DNA of 32,000 nucleotides, taken from the sequence record MT188223.1, one strand, 5' to 3'. Source of the stretch: Acinetobacter phage vB_AbaM_D22. Positions 22,300 through 31,666 of this stretch are shown in pieces (within the stretch, counting starts at the first letter, position 1; each line of letters opens with the position of its first letter). The notes beneath the pieces were generated by a model. That model did not search any database, was not told where the DNA came from, and saw only the letters and a list, made by a program, of their open reading frames with translations. The position numbers and the translations under genes were made by a program.

Positions 22300-23087
22300 T
22301 GGCAGAGTATTTGAAAATTGTAAATGACTCTGGTTTCGTTATGATTGATGATAGTTTCCAGAATTATCATTTCTTAGAGAAAAGACAGTTAGATACAAAA
22401 ACTATGCCTCAATATTCTACTGGTGCTGGTGGAACAGCTCTTGAGGATTCAAATGGGTTTACTTTATCTCAATATGTTTTTGATGTAACAAGTTTAAAAA
22501 AACCTGTTGTAGCATATAGGTCTGGTGTCAATACTGATGATGACTCCATCACAGCTATTACATACACAGAGACATCTGCAAACAACTGGAGAATCAAGAT
22601 TATGTTTGACCGATTCTTTAGTTCAAACACAGGTATTTACTACAAACCAACTATTTATGTATTTGGGCTTTTACCAAGTAACGCTGTTCCGTCAACTGGT
22701 ACAGTATTCCAAGTTAAGAATGCAGCGGGGGAGTTGATTTTTGATAGTGGTAGAAAACCTATGACTGTTATTGACTTCAAATCCTTCATTACTCCAGCTG
22801 CTTGGGGGGATGGTTCAAATACAACAGCCAAAAAATTTCCAATCCCGAACTGGAGTACTAGTAGGGTGTATGCGATTGTACCATGTACGTTTATGTTCAA
22901 TGTCGTATATCGTAACCCAAACTTTTACTACTACTATGCATCATATAGTTACATCAACAGGAATGAGGGAACTGTATATGTTAGTCCATATCAATGTGGT
23001 TTTAACAACATTATGTGGGCGCAGAATTATCCAAGTATGACTTCCTTTTTCCACTCTCACATTTTAATTGATGTTACAGGTTTATAA
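22299..23087 (+). CDS. hypothetical structural or assembly protein
   Basis: 262 aa, with a TAATG overlap with the upstream ORF. Confidence 0.7.
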   Translation: MAEYLKIVNDSGFVMIDDSFQNYHFLEKRQLDTKTMPQYSTGAGGTALEDSNGFTLSQYVFDVTSLKKPVVAYRSGVNTDDDSITAITYTETSANNWRIKIMFDRFFSSNTGIYYKPTIYVFGLLPSNAVPSTGTVFQVKNAAGELIFDSGRKPMTVIDFKSFITPAAWGDGSNTTAKKFPIPNWSTSRVYAIVPCTFMFNVVYRNPNFYYYYASYSYINRNEGTVYVSPYQCGFNNIMWAQNYPSMTSFFHSHILIDVTGL

Positions 23088-23096
23088 GGAGTATAC

Positions 23097-23564
23097 ATGG
23101 CTTTGAGTGAAATTGAAAAGCTAAGGTTAGCAGCTGGTGATACAGACCCAGACTACCCTTGGCTATCGGACGATCAGTATCAATACTTCATTGATGAGTT
23201 CCCAAACAAAAGAAGACGTGCAAAGGCCATTGATCTGGCTGTATTGGCTGTCAAAGCTAATGATGTGCATGAAAGGTCAGGACAAGAAGAGCGTTGGGGT
23301 AATCAGGCGTTTGAAGGAAGTCTTGCACTTGTTAAATTAAAATGGAAAGACCCTGCATTCAATGGTTCACAATCGGTTCCTATGTTTGGTGGTACTTCTC
23401 GTGAAGAGATGGCCGACCTTGCTATGGATTGCGACAGAGTTCCAGATACCTTCTATAAAGGCGAAAGTTTTGGGAAGGCTGAATGGCAGACAACTAGGAT
23501 TTATCGTTACTTCTGTCGTAATGATGAACCTTATATTTACAGAGTAGTTCCTTATGTCTTTTAA
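23097..23564 (+). CDS. putative head-tail connector/adaptor protein (by position)
   Basis: 155 aa, the first of four small ORFs between the fiber module and the sheath gene. Confidence 0.4.
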   Translation: MALSEIEKLRLAAGDTDPDYPWLSDDQYQYFIDEFPNKRRRAKAIDLAVLAVKANDVHERSGQEERWGNQAFEGSLALVKLKWKDPAFNGSQSVPMFGGTSREEMADLAMDCDRVPDTFYKGESFGKAEWQTTRIYRYFCRNDEPYIYRVVPYVF

Positions 23565-24081
23565 ATTTAAGATGAAGGGTGATTTAAAGGGCCTCAAGAA
23601 GCTTCAGCGTAGACTTAATAAAGTTGCTCGTACTGAAGTTGAATGGGGTTGGATCAATGGCAAAGCCTATCCAAAGAGTGACATCAATGGTAGGGGAGGT
23701 ATTCCATTTGCCATTGTAGCTATCCACAACGAATTTGGTGCTTATGTTAAGAACCATAAGAATAGTGGTAAGTTCCTTTATATCCCACCTAGACCTTACT
23801 TTCAACAGTCTACCAAAAATTCAGAGTCTTATTTACGCACAGAGGCCCATGACATGGCTTCTCACATCTTACTTGATGGAGACTACCAACTTAAGCTTAA
23901 AGAGCTAGGAGAGGGCAATGTGGCGATTCTGAAGGGTAGTATTGCTAGACAAAACATGACTCCTCTGCATCCTAAGACAGTTGGTTATAAAGGTGATGAT
24001 ACTCAATGGAGAGATACAGGCCAAATGCTTGAAAATATCTCAAGTAAAGTTATCTATAAACGTTCTGATTATAAGGGGTAG
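23554..24081 (+). CDS. putative head completion/neck protein (by position)
   Basis: 175 aa, with an 11-nt overlap with the upstream ORF. Confidence 0.4.
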   Translation: MSFKFKMKGDLKGLKKLQRRLNKVARTEVEWGWINGKAYPKSDINGRGGIPFAIVAIHNEFGAYVKNHKNSGKFLYIPPRPYFQQSTKNSESYLRTEAHDMASHILLDGDYQLKLKELGEGNVAILKGSIARQNMTPLHPKTVGYKGDDTQWRDTGQMLENISSKVIYKRSDYKG

Positions 24082-24083
24082 GT

Positions 24084-24473
24084 ATGAGTCGAATGAAACT
24101 AGGTCGTGAAAAATACAAAGTATTGCGACACAAGGATGGTGAATACAACGATGATGGGTTGTACATCGAAGGTGGTTGGGATGAGATTGAGATCAGAGCC
24201 AGTTACCATGGTGGCCTTTATTGGAACGCTGTGAAATTTGGTGTTGCTGGTGAGGTTTCTAAACAAGCCATCTCGATTCGATCTGACCAACCTTTGTATC
24301 AATCATCTCCAAGTGATACATCAAACGGTGGGAAGCTTGGGGACATCTTCATTGATGAGGATGGGGTACACTGGGAAGTTAGGGAATGTAGGAAATACAA
24401 GAACTTAAGAGCCACAAGGCATTGGGAAGCTATGGCTGTTAGGTTAGATGAGGATGAAATCCTAAGGAAGTAA
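24084..24473 (+). CDS. putative neck/head closure protein (by position)
   Basis: 129 aa, tightly packed against its neighbours. Confidence 0.4.
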   Translation: MSRMKLGREKYKVLRHKDGEYNDDGLYIEGGWDEIEIRASYHGGLYWNAVKFGVAGEVSKQAISIRSDQPLYQSSPSDTSNGGKLGDIFIDEDGVHWEVRECRKYKNLRATRHWEAMAVRLDEDEILRK

Positions 24474-24474
24474 A

Positions 24475-25005
24475 ATGATTGAGTCAGTAGTTATTAGATG
24501 TATCAAGCATTTAAACCCTACTCTTACACACATTGTTGGTGGGCAGAATGGATATAACCCGAAGAAGATTTTTATTATCGCTGAAGAGGTTGACTCTTAT
24601 CTGGTTGGTACAGCTACAAGAACACTGACTTCCAGAACAGGCGTATGGCTTCAACAACAGACAAAGGAACATGTAGTTCGAGTTGGTGTGCAAGGTACTG
24701 TTAGTCCAGAACTTAGTGAGATCGCAGAGATTTTACAATTGATGTTAGATACACCATTTGTAAGACAAGCCTTTCAAGATGAAGGGTATACGCTAAAGGT
24801 TGACAAACAAATTATACCTTTAAATATGATCGCACAAAATACGGATCAATATAAACGATATTCTCTAACATTGAGATTGTCAACAAGTATTTCCATTGAA
24901 GTTAAGCAACCTACTATGAAGGGTGTTCAAGTCAAAGGTACATTTGTAGAAGACAATGGATATAAGTTAGGTGAGTATGAAGAGACTATCCCAGAAGATA
25001 GTTAA
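24475..25005 (+). CDS. putative tail completion/terminator protein (by position)
   Basis: 176 aa, immediately upstream of the sheath gene. Confidence 0.4.
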   Translation: MIESVVIRCIKHLNPTLTHIVGGQNGYNPKKIFIIAEEVDSYLVGTATRTLTSRTGVWLQQQTKEHVVRVGVQGTVSPELSEIAEILQLMLDTPFVRQAFQDEGYTLKVDKQIIPLNMIAQNTDQYKRYSLTLRLSTSISIEVKQPTMKGVQVKGTFVEDNGYKLGEYEETIPEDS

Positions 25006-25030
25006 TACAACTCCAAAGAAGGAATGAATT

Positions 25031-26104
25031 ATGGATTTTATGAAAAACATCATTGATGTTCAGATCAGAAACACTACTGGTAACACCAATACAACTGACT
25101 TGAACACAATTATGATTCTTGCGAAACATTCAGTATTTACAGTTGCCGAACGCTTTCGAGTTTATCGTGATGCTGCTGCTGCTAAGGCTGATGGTTTCCC
25201 AGAGGAAGGTTATGTATACAAAGCATTACTTTCAGCTTTCTCTCAACAATACAAACCAGCTCTTGTGGTTGTTGCGAATGGTTTATCTGCTGATGCTGAT
25301 GCTTCTGCTTATGTCACAGCATTCAATGAAATGCAAACGATCACACAAGGTTGGTTGTGGATGGTATCAGACCTACGTGTTGCTGCTGACCAATTGACAC
25401 TTGCTAAAGCTGTTCAAGCTACTGAGAAGTTCTATGCTATCGGTACAAGTGATGTAGATGCTATCGACGCTTCTAAGGATACAGATATCGGATCGTTGAT
25501 TAAGAAAGAGCAACTTACACAAGCTTATGCTTGGTTTGATGTTCCAGATAAAGATTTAGTTACATACTCAGCAACAGAGATCGCTCTCTTGGCTCGTTGT
25601 GCTGGTAAGGTTGCTGGTACAGTTCAGTTCTTACTTAAAGAATTGATTGGTGTTCCTAGTCCAGACAGTATGGTTAAGACAGATACGCATCAAGCAACAT
25701 TGACTGCCAAAGGTTACACATTCGCTGCTGTAGGTAATCGTAAGGTTTACTCTTACGGTGCTGGTAAGGTTGGTAATGGTGACTGGATTGATATTCGTCT
25801 CGTGATGACATGGACAACTGTCAACATCCGTGAGCGTGTGTTCCGTACAGTAACTAGCTTAGATAAGCTTGGTATGGAAAACGATGGTGCTGCAACAATC
25901 GAATCTGATGTTCGCTCAGTGCTTATGGAAGGTCGTGATCTAGGTATGTTCTCTCGTGATGCACCTATCATCGTGACAGTTCCAGACGTAACAACTCTTG
26001 ACCCAGCTGTTCGTCATGATCGTATTCTTCCACGTGTTGAATTCGAAGCACAGTTGACTGGAGCTATCATTGGTACAGTTATTAGAGGTTCGGTGTACGA
26101 GTAA
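25031..26104 (+). CDS. putative tail sheath protein (DUF3383-like by recollection)
   Basis: 357 aa. It is followed by tube-size genes, chaperones and a tape measure, which matches contractile-tail gene order. Confidence 0.6.
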   Translation: MDFMKNIIDVQIRNTTGNTNTTDLNTIMILAKHSVFTVAERFRVYRDAAAAKADGFPEEGYVYKALLSAFSQQYKPALVVVANGLSADADASAYVTAFNEMQTITQGWLWMVSDLRVAADQLTLAKAVQATEKFYAIGTSDVDAIDASKDTDIGSLIKKEQLTQAYAWFDVPDKDLVTYSATEIALLARCAGKVAGTVQFLLKELIGVPSPDSMVKTDTHQATLTAKGYTFAAVGNRKVYSYGAGKVGNGDWIDIRLVMTWTTVNIRERVFRTVTSLDKLGMENDGAATIESDVRSVLMEGRDLGMFSRDAPIIVTVPDVTTLDPAVRHDRILPRVEFEAQLTGAIIGTVIRGSVYE

Positions 26105-26151
26105 TCGTACCCCACCATTTCTTCTTAATTTAATTTAAAGGATAAATAAAT

Positions 26152-26688
26152 ATGGCTGGAAATAAAACTGGTGTATACGATTTTAGTAAAACTATCGTGA
26201 CAATTAGACACCCGAAATTTGATGGTATCGTTAAGATTGACGGCTTCATGCCAGATACCACAATTAACGTCCAGAGAGAAAATCCACGTTGGGGTCGTAG
26301 TAACTCAGGTGATGGTAAATCTTCAACTCTGGTACGCAACCCTGACAACTCTGGTACTATCACGTTCTCACTTAACCAATCGACAGACGGTCTAGCTAAG
26401 ATGAACGCTATTGCACAACATGCAAATGTGAGTGATGGGCAAGATGTAATGTTTGAGATCACAATCGCTGATAAGTCTTCAGGCTCATTCCACTTCTGTC
26501 GTGATGCCATTGTTGGTGATCCAGAGAGTGTTGAATACGGTGCTGAAGAAAATGGTCGTGAGTGGGTAATTCAATGTGGTGAGTTGGTTAACAACCTTAA
26601 CGGTGCTGCTAAGATGCCACGTGAAACTCTTGAGTTCATTAATGCATTAGGCTTTAACGTTGACTCTTCTCGTGTAGCAGCTTACTAA
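26152..26688 (+). CDS. putative tail tube protein
   Basis: 178 aa, directly after the sheath gene. It is paralogous to the next ORF. Confidence 0.6.
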   Translation: MAGNKTGVYDFSKTIVTIRHPKFDGIVKIDGFMPDTTINVQRENPRWGRSNSGDGKSSTLVRNPDNSGTITFSLNQSTDGLAKMNAIAQHANVSDGQDVMFEITIADKSSGSFHFCRDAIVGDPESVEYGAEENGREWVIQCGELVNNLNGAAKMPRETLEFINALGFNVDSSRVAAY

Positions 26689-26698
26689 GGAGTAGCAA

Positions 26699-27268
26699 AT
26701 GAGCGTTTCAATTTTAGACCCATCTAAGTTAAGTTTAACGATTCTTGGATGTCAAGTCGAGGGTTTCTCCAACGGCTCATTTGTGTCAATGGAGAAGCTA
26801 GACCCTACATTCAACACACGGACCTCTCTGAAGGGGTCCAAGCTTGTTGGACGAAATAAATTTAGTGACTATGAGTTCACATTCAAATTAGATAACACCG
26901 CTGGGGCCAATACATGGCTTCATGCCATTTACAAAGTACAGGAAGCATATGGGGTTGTATTCCCTGTCCCTGTTATTTACAAAGATTTAAATGGTGTCAA
27001 CTCTTTCTTCTGTCCTTCTGTGGTTGTTCAAGAACCTAAAGTAGAACAGGGTAGTGAAGTATATCCTACCGAGTGGACACTAATTTGTCCAAGAGCTACA
27101 CACACAATTGGTGGTAATAATCGTGATGCTAAGATTGCTGAAATCTTATCTACGGTATCCACATTAATCCAAGTTTCAAGTCTCTTGGATATCAACTTAT
27201 CTGGTATCTCATCAATGGCCTCTCAGATTCAAAGTAGGGCTACTTCAGCATGGAGGAACTTATTTTGA
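26699..27268 (+). CDS. tube-like paralog
   Basis: 189 aa. By eye it aligns with the previous ORF (D.SK...I...GF....V...P....S..G.S.LV.N....TF.L ... W...C). Confidence 0.55.
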   Translation: MSVSILDPSKLSLTILGCQVEGFSNGSFVSMEKLDPTFNTRTSLKGSKLVGRNKFSDYEFTFKLDNTAGANTWLHAIYKVQEAYGVVFPVPVIYKDLNGVNSFFCPSVVVQEPKVEQGSEVYPTEWTLICPRATHTIGGNNRDAKIAEILSTVSTLIQVSSLLDINLSGISSMASQIQSRATSAWRNLF

Positions 27269-27717
27269 ACTTCGACATGATTGATAAGATTTTACAGAAA
27301 GTTGGCTTCTACAATTTCGATCCATCAGATGTTGAATTTATCGTAGCTGGTTATTCTATGAATGATTTTACCAGATTGAGTATTGTCCCTACACAAAAAA
27401 GGATAACTATTCAAGGTATCGACAAGCACTATCACACATATGCCAAGATTCCACACTATTACAGAATCTCATTTGATGTTCTACCAGTGTGTAAGGACTT
27501 ACAAGTGATTGAAGAACTGAATATGGCTCTTGAAGAAATGGATGGTAGCTTCGATGTGGTAATCAAAAGTCAAGGTAGATTCCTTGGAACATTCAAGTGT
27601 TATTTTGAAGTTGATTCTTCAGACATCTTGAGTGAGGAAGCGACAGATAAGACATACGAGATGGTTGCAATTAAATTGGAAGAAGGTATTAGACAAACAA
27701 GTTTAGGAGAAGGTTAA
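27250..27717 (+). CDS. hypothetical tail assembly protein
   Basis: 155 aa, with a 19-nt overlap with the upstream ORF. The start is uncertain. Confidence 0.5.
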   Translation: MEELILNFDMIDKILQKVGFYNFDPSDVEFIVAGYSMNDFTRLSIVPTQKRITIQGIDKHYHTYAKIPHYYRISFDVLPVCKDLQVIEELNMALEEMDGSFDVVIKSQGRFLGTFKCYFEVDSSDILSEEATDKTYEMVAIKLEEGIRQTSLGEG

Positions 27718-28202
27718 TGAAGTTTGGTTTGAATCCAGTAGTTAGAGATTTTAGTGGTAAAGAAGGTCAACGTGTCGTGAACTATAACGATGGTGAGCGT
27801 ATTTACTCGATTAAGCCCTTTAAAGGTAAGAAAGGTACGGTAGCAGCTGCCAAGCTAACAAAGTACGTGTCAGCCTCATTTGGTGGCGTTCTGTTAGGTG
27901 TTCTTGATCAAGCCGAGGGTGGCACAGAAGTAGAGAAGTTAGATAGTCTAGGTTTTATGATTTCAGGCATCCTTGATGGAGCATTCAACAGTTTTGATGA
28001 TCCACAGTTACATGAGTTCTACTTCTCGTTATTTAGTGAAGTGTATCGTGATGGTCAAGCAATTGACTATGATGAGGAATTCAAGCTTGAGCAAGAGTAT
28101 GCATTAGACCTTGTACGTCACATTGTAACTTATAACTTCAGCTCGGTTTTTCAGCGTCTCGGTATCGCTGCGCTCTTAAAGAAAAAGGTGTCGGAAGAGT
28201 AA
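27717..28202 (+). CDS. tail assembly chaperone (gpG-like, zero-frame product)
   Basis: 161 aa, immediately upstream of the tape measure gene. It ends ...LLKKKVSEE, just after a GAAAAAG slippery run. Confidence 0.65.
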   Translation: MKFGLNPVVRDFSGKEGQRVVNYNDGERIYSIKPFKGKKGTVAAAKLTKYVSASFGGVLLGVLDQAEGGTEVEKLDSLGFMISGILDGAFNSFDDPQLHEFYFSLFSEVYRDGQAIDYDEEFKLEQEYALDLVRHIVTYNFSSVFQRLGIAALLKKKVSEE

Positions 28203-28426
28203 GTGAATCGAGGGTAAATAACAAAGAGTTTGAGAAGCTTGAAAAGACAGTTTCACTCCCTATTGAATGGATACACATTCTATCGGATGAAAAGCCTCTA
28301 CTATCCCTTGAGTACCTTATCAATGATGCCACCATTAGTGATGTATATGATGCATTAGAGATGATGGAAGTTAGAAAATATATGAAGATCGAAGCGGGGA
28401 AATTTGAAGATGGCGACAAAGGTTGA
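27717..28426 (+). CDS. tail assembly chaperone -1 frameshift product (gpGT-like)
   Basis: The -1 frame is open from 28136 to the TGA at 28424-28426. It has no start codon until very near its end (ATG ATG at about 28361). It encodes a plausible sequence (SESRVNNKEFEKLEKTVSLPIEWIHILSDEKPLLSLEYLINDATISDVYDALEMMEVRKYMKIEAGKFEDGDKG). The candidate slip site is G-AAA-AAG at 28181-28187. Confidence 0.55.
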
Positions 28427-30395
28427 AGTAGCTAAGTTTCTCTCTGTGTTTGGCTTTGAGATTGATACGGTCCAACTTGAAAAGTTTGAGAACCTGACAC
28501 GTGGTGTTAGGTCTTCAACAGTAAAATTAGCACGTGACTTAAGGGCCACCAATACACAACTTACAGCTGTATCAACTAAATTGAAGTCAGTCAACAACAG
28601 CTTGAATTCAGTAGGTTCTCGTAAGGGTGCTGGTAGCTTGGCTGGAAGTTATGCCAGTTTATCACGTAACGTTAACGTAGCTCAAACCTCATTGGTAAGA
28701 GCTTCTACAACACTATCAAACATTGAACCTAAACTTGCACAACAAGCAATCACAGTTGCTAACCTTGCTAGGTCTTGGGGCCATTACTCACGTGAAGTTA
28801 GACGTGCCAATGAGGACCTAAAGAACAGACCTACTCATGTGACTCCTGTAAGGCCGTCACGTGCTGGTTTCGCTACTGGAGCTGCTGCTGGTGCTGCTAC
28901 ATCTGGACGATCAGGTGGGGGCGCTGGAGCTGGTTTACTGGGTGGTATGGCTGGTAGGTTCGCTGGTAACTTTGCTCCTTCTGCTGCTTTAGCTGGTGGT
29001 GCAGTCACAGCTGGTTATGCTGCTAAAGAAGTCATTCAAGTTGGTCGAGAGTATCGTAAGATGAAACAGGTATTACTTGCTTCTTCTGACTCTCAAGCTC
29101 AATTTAACAGAAACTTAGAATATGCAGAGAAAGTAACGAATCGATTGGGTACAAACATTATCGAATTTGGTTCTGCTTATGCTAAAACACTCCAAGCCTC
29201 TAAAGGTAAATTGGGGTTAGATCAGACAGAGAAAATGTTTGAACAATTCTCTGAATTAATGGTTGTCCTTGGTTCAAGTGATGATGACCAGAAAGGTATC
29301 TTCCGAGCAATGTCACAGATGTTCTCGAAGGGTAAGATTCAGATGGAAGAAGTCAACCAGATGGCTGAACGTAACGTTCCAGCTCTGTCTATGTTGACAA
29401 GGGCCTATAAAGAATTAGGCATGACTCAGGATGAGTTTGAGAAAGCTCAGCGTGAAGGTAAATTAGACCCAGCTAAGTTCTTACCTTTATTTGGTAAGTA
29501 CGCTAGTGAATTCGCTAGAAATAACGATGCTTTAAATAAAGCTATGCAATCAAGTGTTACCCAACAAGGTATCTTCATGAACCAAATGAGAAAGCTTGCT
29601 GATCAGATCATGGAATCTGGTTTAGATAGATTGCTTGGTGAAATGTTTAAAGGATTGACAAGTCTAGGTACTGCATTGACACCTCTTGTTATGTGGTTGG
29701 TTAAAGCGACATTAGGTTTCATTGAGTTCACCAAAGCTATGGGTGGATTTGCTAAAGAGCATCCAGTAATTGCTGGTATGTTGGCTGGCTTAATCGGTGG
29801 ATTCTTTGGTTTAGGTAAAGTCCTAAGAGCTGGTACTCCATTAGCCCTCGCTTTATTCTCAATGCTTATCAAAGGTTTAGCTGGACTTAAAGTTGCCATG
29901 ATCCGTACAGGTATCTTAGCCATCTTTGTTGCCATTGGTGAAGTATTAGCTGCACTGTATGAACATATGAATGGTAAGAATAACTGGTTGTCAGTGACGA
30001 TCAACTATTTAACCATTTTTGGTCAGAAGATTGAGAACGTTTACGAAAACTTCTTAACCTTAATGACAGCGATTCGTAAGGGTATCGGAGATAGTTTCAT
30101 TGGTGAGTTCTTCTCTAAGCTATTCAACTTTGATTTTGGTACAGCATTCAATGGACCTAAAACTCCTCCAGAGCAAATGCAAGCTCCAGCTGGTAGCACA
30201 ATCGCTCAGCAAAATCAAGCTGCACAAAACTTAAGGAACAATACAGCTCCTTATAATGCTCAGATGCCTCAACCTCAGAAGCCAGCTATCTTTGGTGGTT
30301 TCAATGCTCAATACACATTACGTGTTGAGAATGGTAAACAGGTATTCACAACAACTCAAGGACAGAAAATCAATATAGGAGGTCTGCAAAAATGA
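28410..30395 (+). CDS. tail tape measure protein
   Basis: About 661 aa (track 28404..30395; ATG at 28410). It has a Gly/Ala-rich segment, a helical middle and hydrophobic segments near the C-terminal third. It sits after the chaperone pair. Confidence 0.85.
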   Translation: MATKVEVAKFLSVFGFEIDTVQLEKFENLTRGVRSSTVKLARDLRATNTQLTAVSTKLKSVNNSLNSVGSRKGAGSLAGSYASLSRNVNVAQTSLVRASTTLSNIEPKLAQQAITVANLARSWGHYSREVRRANEDLKNRPTHVTPVRPSRAGFATGAAAGAATSGRSGGGAGAGLLGGMAGRFAGNFAPSAALAGGAVTAGYAAKEVIQVGREYRKMKQVLLASSDSQAQFNRNLEYAEKVTNRLGTNIIEFGSAYAKTLQASKGKLGLDQTEKMFEQFSELMVVLGSSDDDQKGIFRAMSQMFSKGKIQMEEVNQMAERNVPALSMLTRAYKELGMTQDEFEKAQREGKLDPAKFLPLFGKYASEFARNNDALNKAMQSSVTQQGIFMNQMRKLADQIMESGLDRLLGEMFKGLTSLGTALTPLVMWLVKATLGFIEFTKAMGGFAKEHPVIAGMLAGLIGGFFGLGKVLRAGTPLALALFSMLIKGLAGLKVAMIRTGILAIFVAIGEVLAALYEHMNGKNNWLSVTINYLTIFGQKIENVYENFLTLMTAIRKGIGDSFIGEFFSKLFNFDFGTAFNGPKTPPEQMQAPAGSTIAQQNQAAQNLRNNTAPYNAQMPQPQKPAIFGGFNAQYTLRVENGKQVFTTTQGQKINIGGLQK

Positions 30396-31333
30396 TTTAT
30401 TCATTAGTCATCTTGAATGACCAAGGAGCTATCCAAGAAACGATCTCCTTTGATGCTGTTACAAGGTTCTCTAAGTCATACTCAATGAGTGTGGCCCAGA
30501 ACCCTGTTGAGGAAGGTTTCAGTGTTTCTGACCATATCTCTAGAGGGAATACAAAGTTCTCAATGTCTGCTGTTGTGACTGACTCTTTATTCATGAGGAA
30601 AGGTGCAACACTCCAGTACGTCAATGGTAAGTTTCAACGTCTTTATGAAGATGTTGATCCTATCACAGATGAGTCACCTTCTAAAGCTATGCAAGAAAGA
30701 TTGGAAGCAATTGCTGAGAAGGGAGAGATATTTGGACTGTTTGAATCCAAGTCTGCTTTAGATACTAATGTGGTGAACCTCATCTATCCTTGTGCTTTAA
30801 CAAGTTTAGATTTTGAGAACTCAGACGGTTCCGAAGCTGTATACCCAGTCATGTCTTTCGAGAAGATTAGGGTAGCACGAGTAGAAACGAGAGTTGTTGA
30901 AAACCCTTCGCCACAATTAATTCCTTATGTGAAAAGCTCAAATGCTGGGAACCAAACAGGGAGTGATGGTATTGCTGGGATCACAGATGTCAAGATTGAT
31001 GATACTGACCTTATCAAACAAGCTAAGGAAGGTAACAAAGATTTAGTACAAAAAGTTGTTCCAGAAGAAAAGAGCTGGGCTGATGCTAAAGTTGCACAAC
31101 AACAGAAGCAAATCGACGAAATGAAGTTTACTAACCAAGCTGAACGAGAGTTTAGAAAGCGTTTAGAGAGTGGTAAATTGACATGGAGCGATAAGGGGGA
31201 GTTCAACAAGGTATATGTAAATAGCTTGATGACTAAAAAGTATGGCGCTGGGTGGCAAACACCATCTGGTTCACCACAAGCTCCAGTTACATCAACTGCT
31301 GGCGGTGGTGGTTCTTGGAATCAAAAGAAATGA
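30392..31333 (+). CDS. tail/baseplate-region protein (post-tape-measure)
   Basis: 313 aa, with an ATGA overlap with the tape measure stop. Confidence 0.5.
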   Translation: MIYSLVILNDQGAIQETISFDAVTRFSKSYSMSVAQNPVEEGFSVSDHISRGNTKFSMSAVVTDSLFMRKGATLQYVNGKFQRLYEDVDPITDESPSKAMQERLEAIAEKGEIFGLFESKSALDTNVVNLIYPCALTSLDFENSDGSEAVYPVMSFEKIRVARVETRVVENPSPQLIPYVKSSNAGNQTGSDGIAGITDVKIDDTDLIKQAKEGNKDLVQKVVPEEKSWADAKVAQQQKQIDEMKFTNQAEREFRKRLESGKLTWSDKGEFNKVYVNSLMTKKYGAGWQTPSGSPQAPVTSTAGGGGSWNQKK

Positions 31334-31665
31334 GTTTATTTAATTATGCGTGGATTGAAATTGTTGACAACCCTACATATAGCTGTACTGCTGTATGTTT
31401 TGAACAGACCCTCAATATCAGGATTACTTGGATTGAAAGGTCGAAACGTAGGGCAATATCCGTCACAGGAAGTAGTGGTAAGGTCTACTTACAAAACACA
31501 GTAATCAACGTTGACGAGCCAATTAAGTTTAACTCTAATGCTGTTGAGGATGGATATGACTGTAGCATCGTGTTGCAGTCTGTTCCAGATGCACCAAAAG
31601 AAGTTGACTACCTTAATTGGTCTAAGACGATGTTCTTAACAGTATTTAGGATCACGGAGAATTAA
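31330..31665 (+). CDS. hypothetical tail/baseplate protein (111 aa)
   Basis: Track ORF 31252..31665. The ATG at 31330 forms an ATGA overlap with the upstream stop. Confidence 0.5.
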   Translation: MSLFNYAWIEIVDNPTYSCTAVCFEQTLNIRITWIERSKRRAISVTGSSGKVYLQNTVINVDEPIKFNSNAVEDGYDCSIVLQSVPDAPKEVDYLNWSKTMFLTVFRITEN

Positions 31666-31666
31666 T

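Noticed and set aside
28138-28597. Minus-strand ORFs 28138..28419 and 28355..28597 sit in the gap before the tape measure gene.
   Set aside because: They would be the only minus-strand genes in a 24-kb rightward operon. The interval is better explained by the plus-strand -1 frame extension of the chaperone gene and by the tape-measure 5' end.
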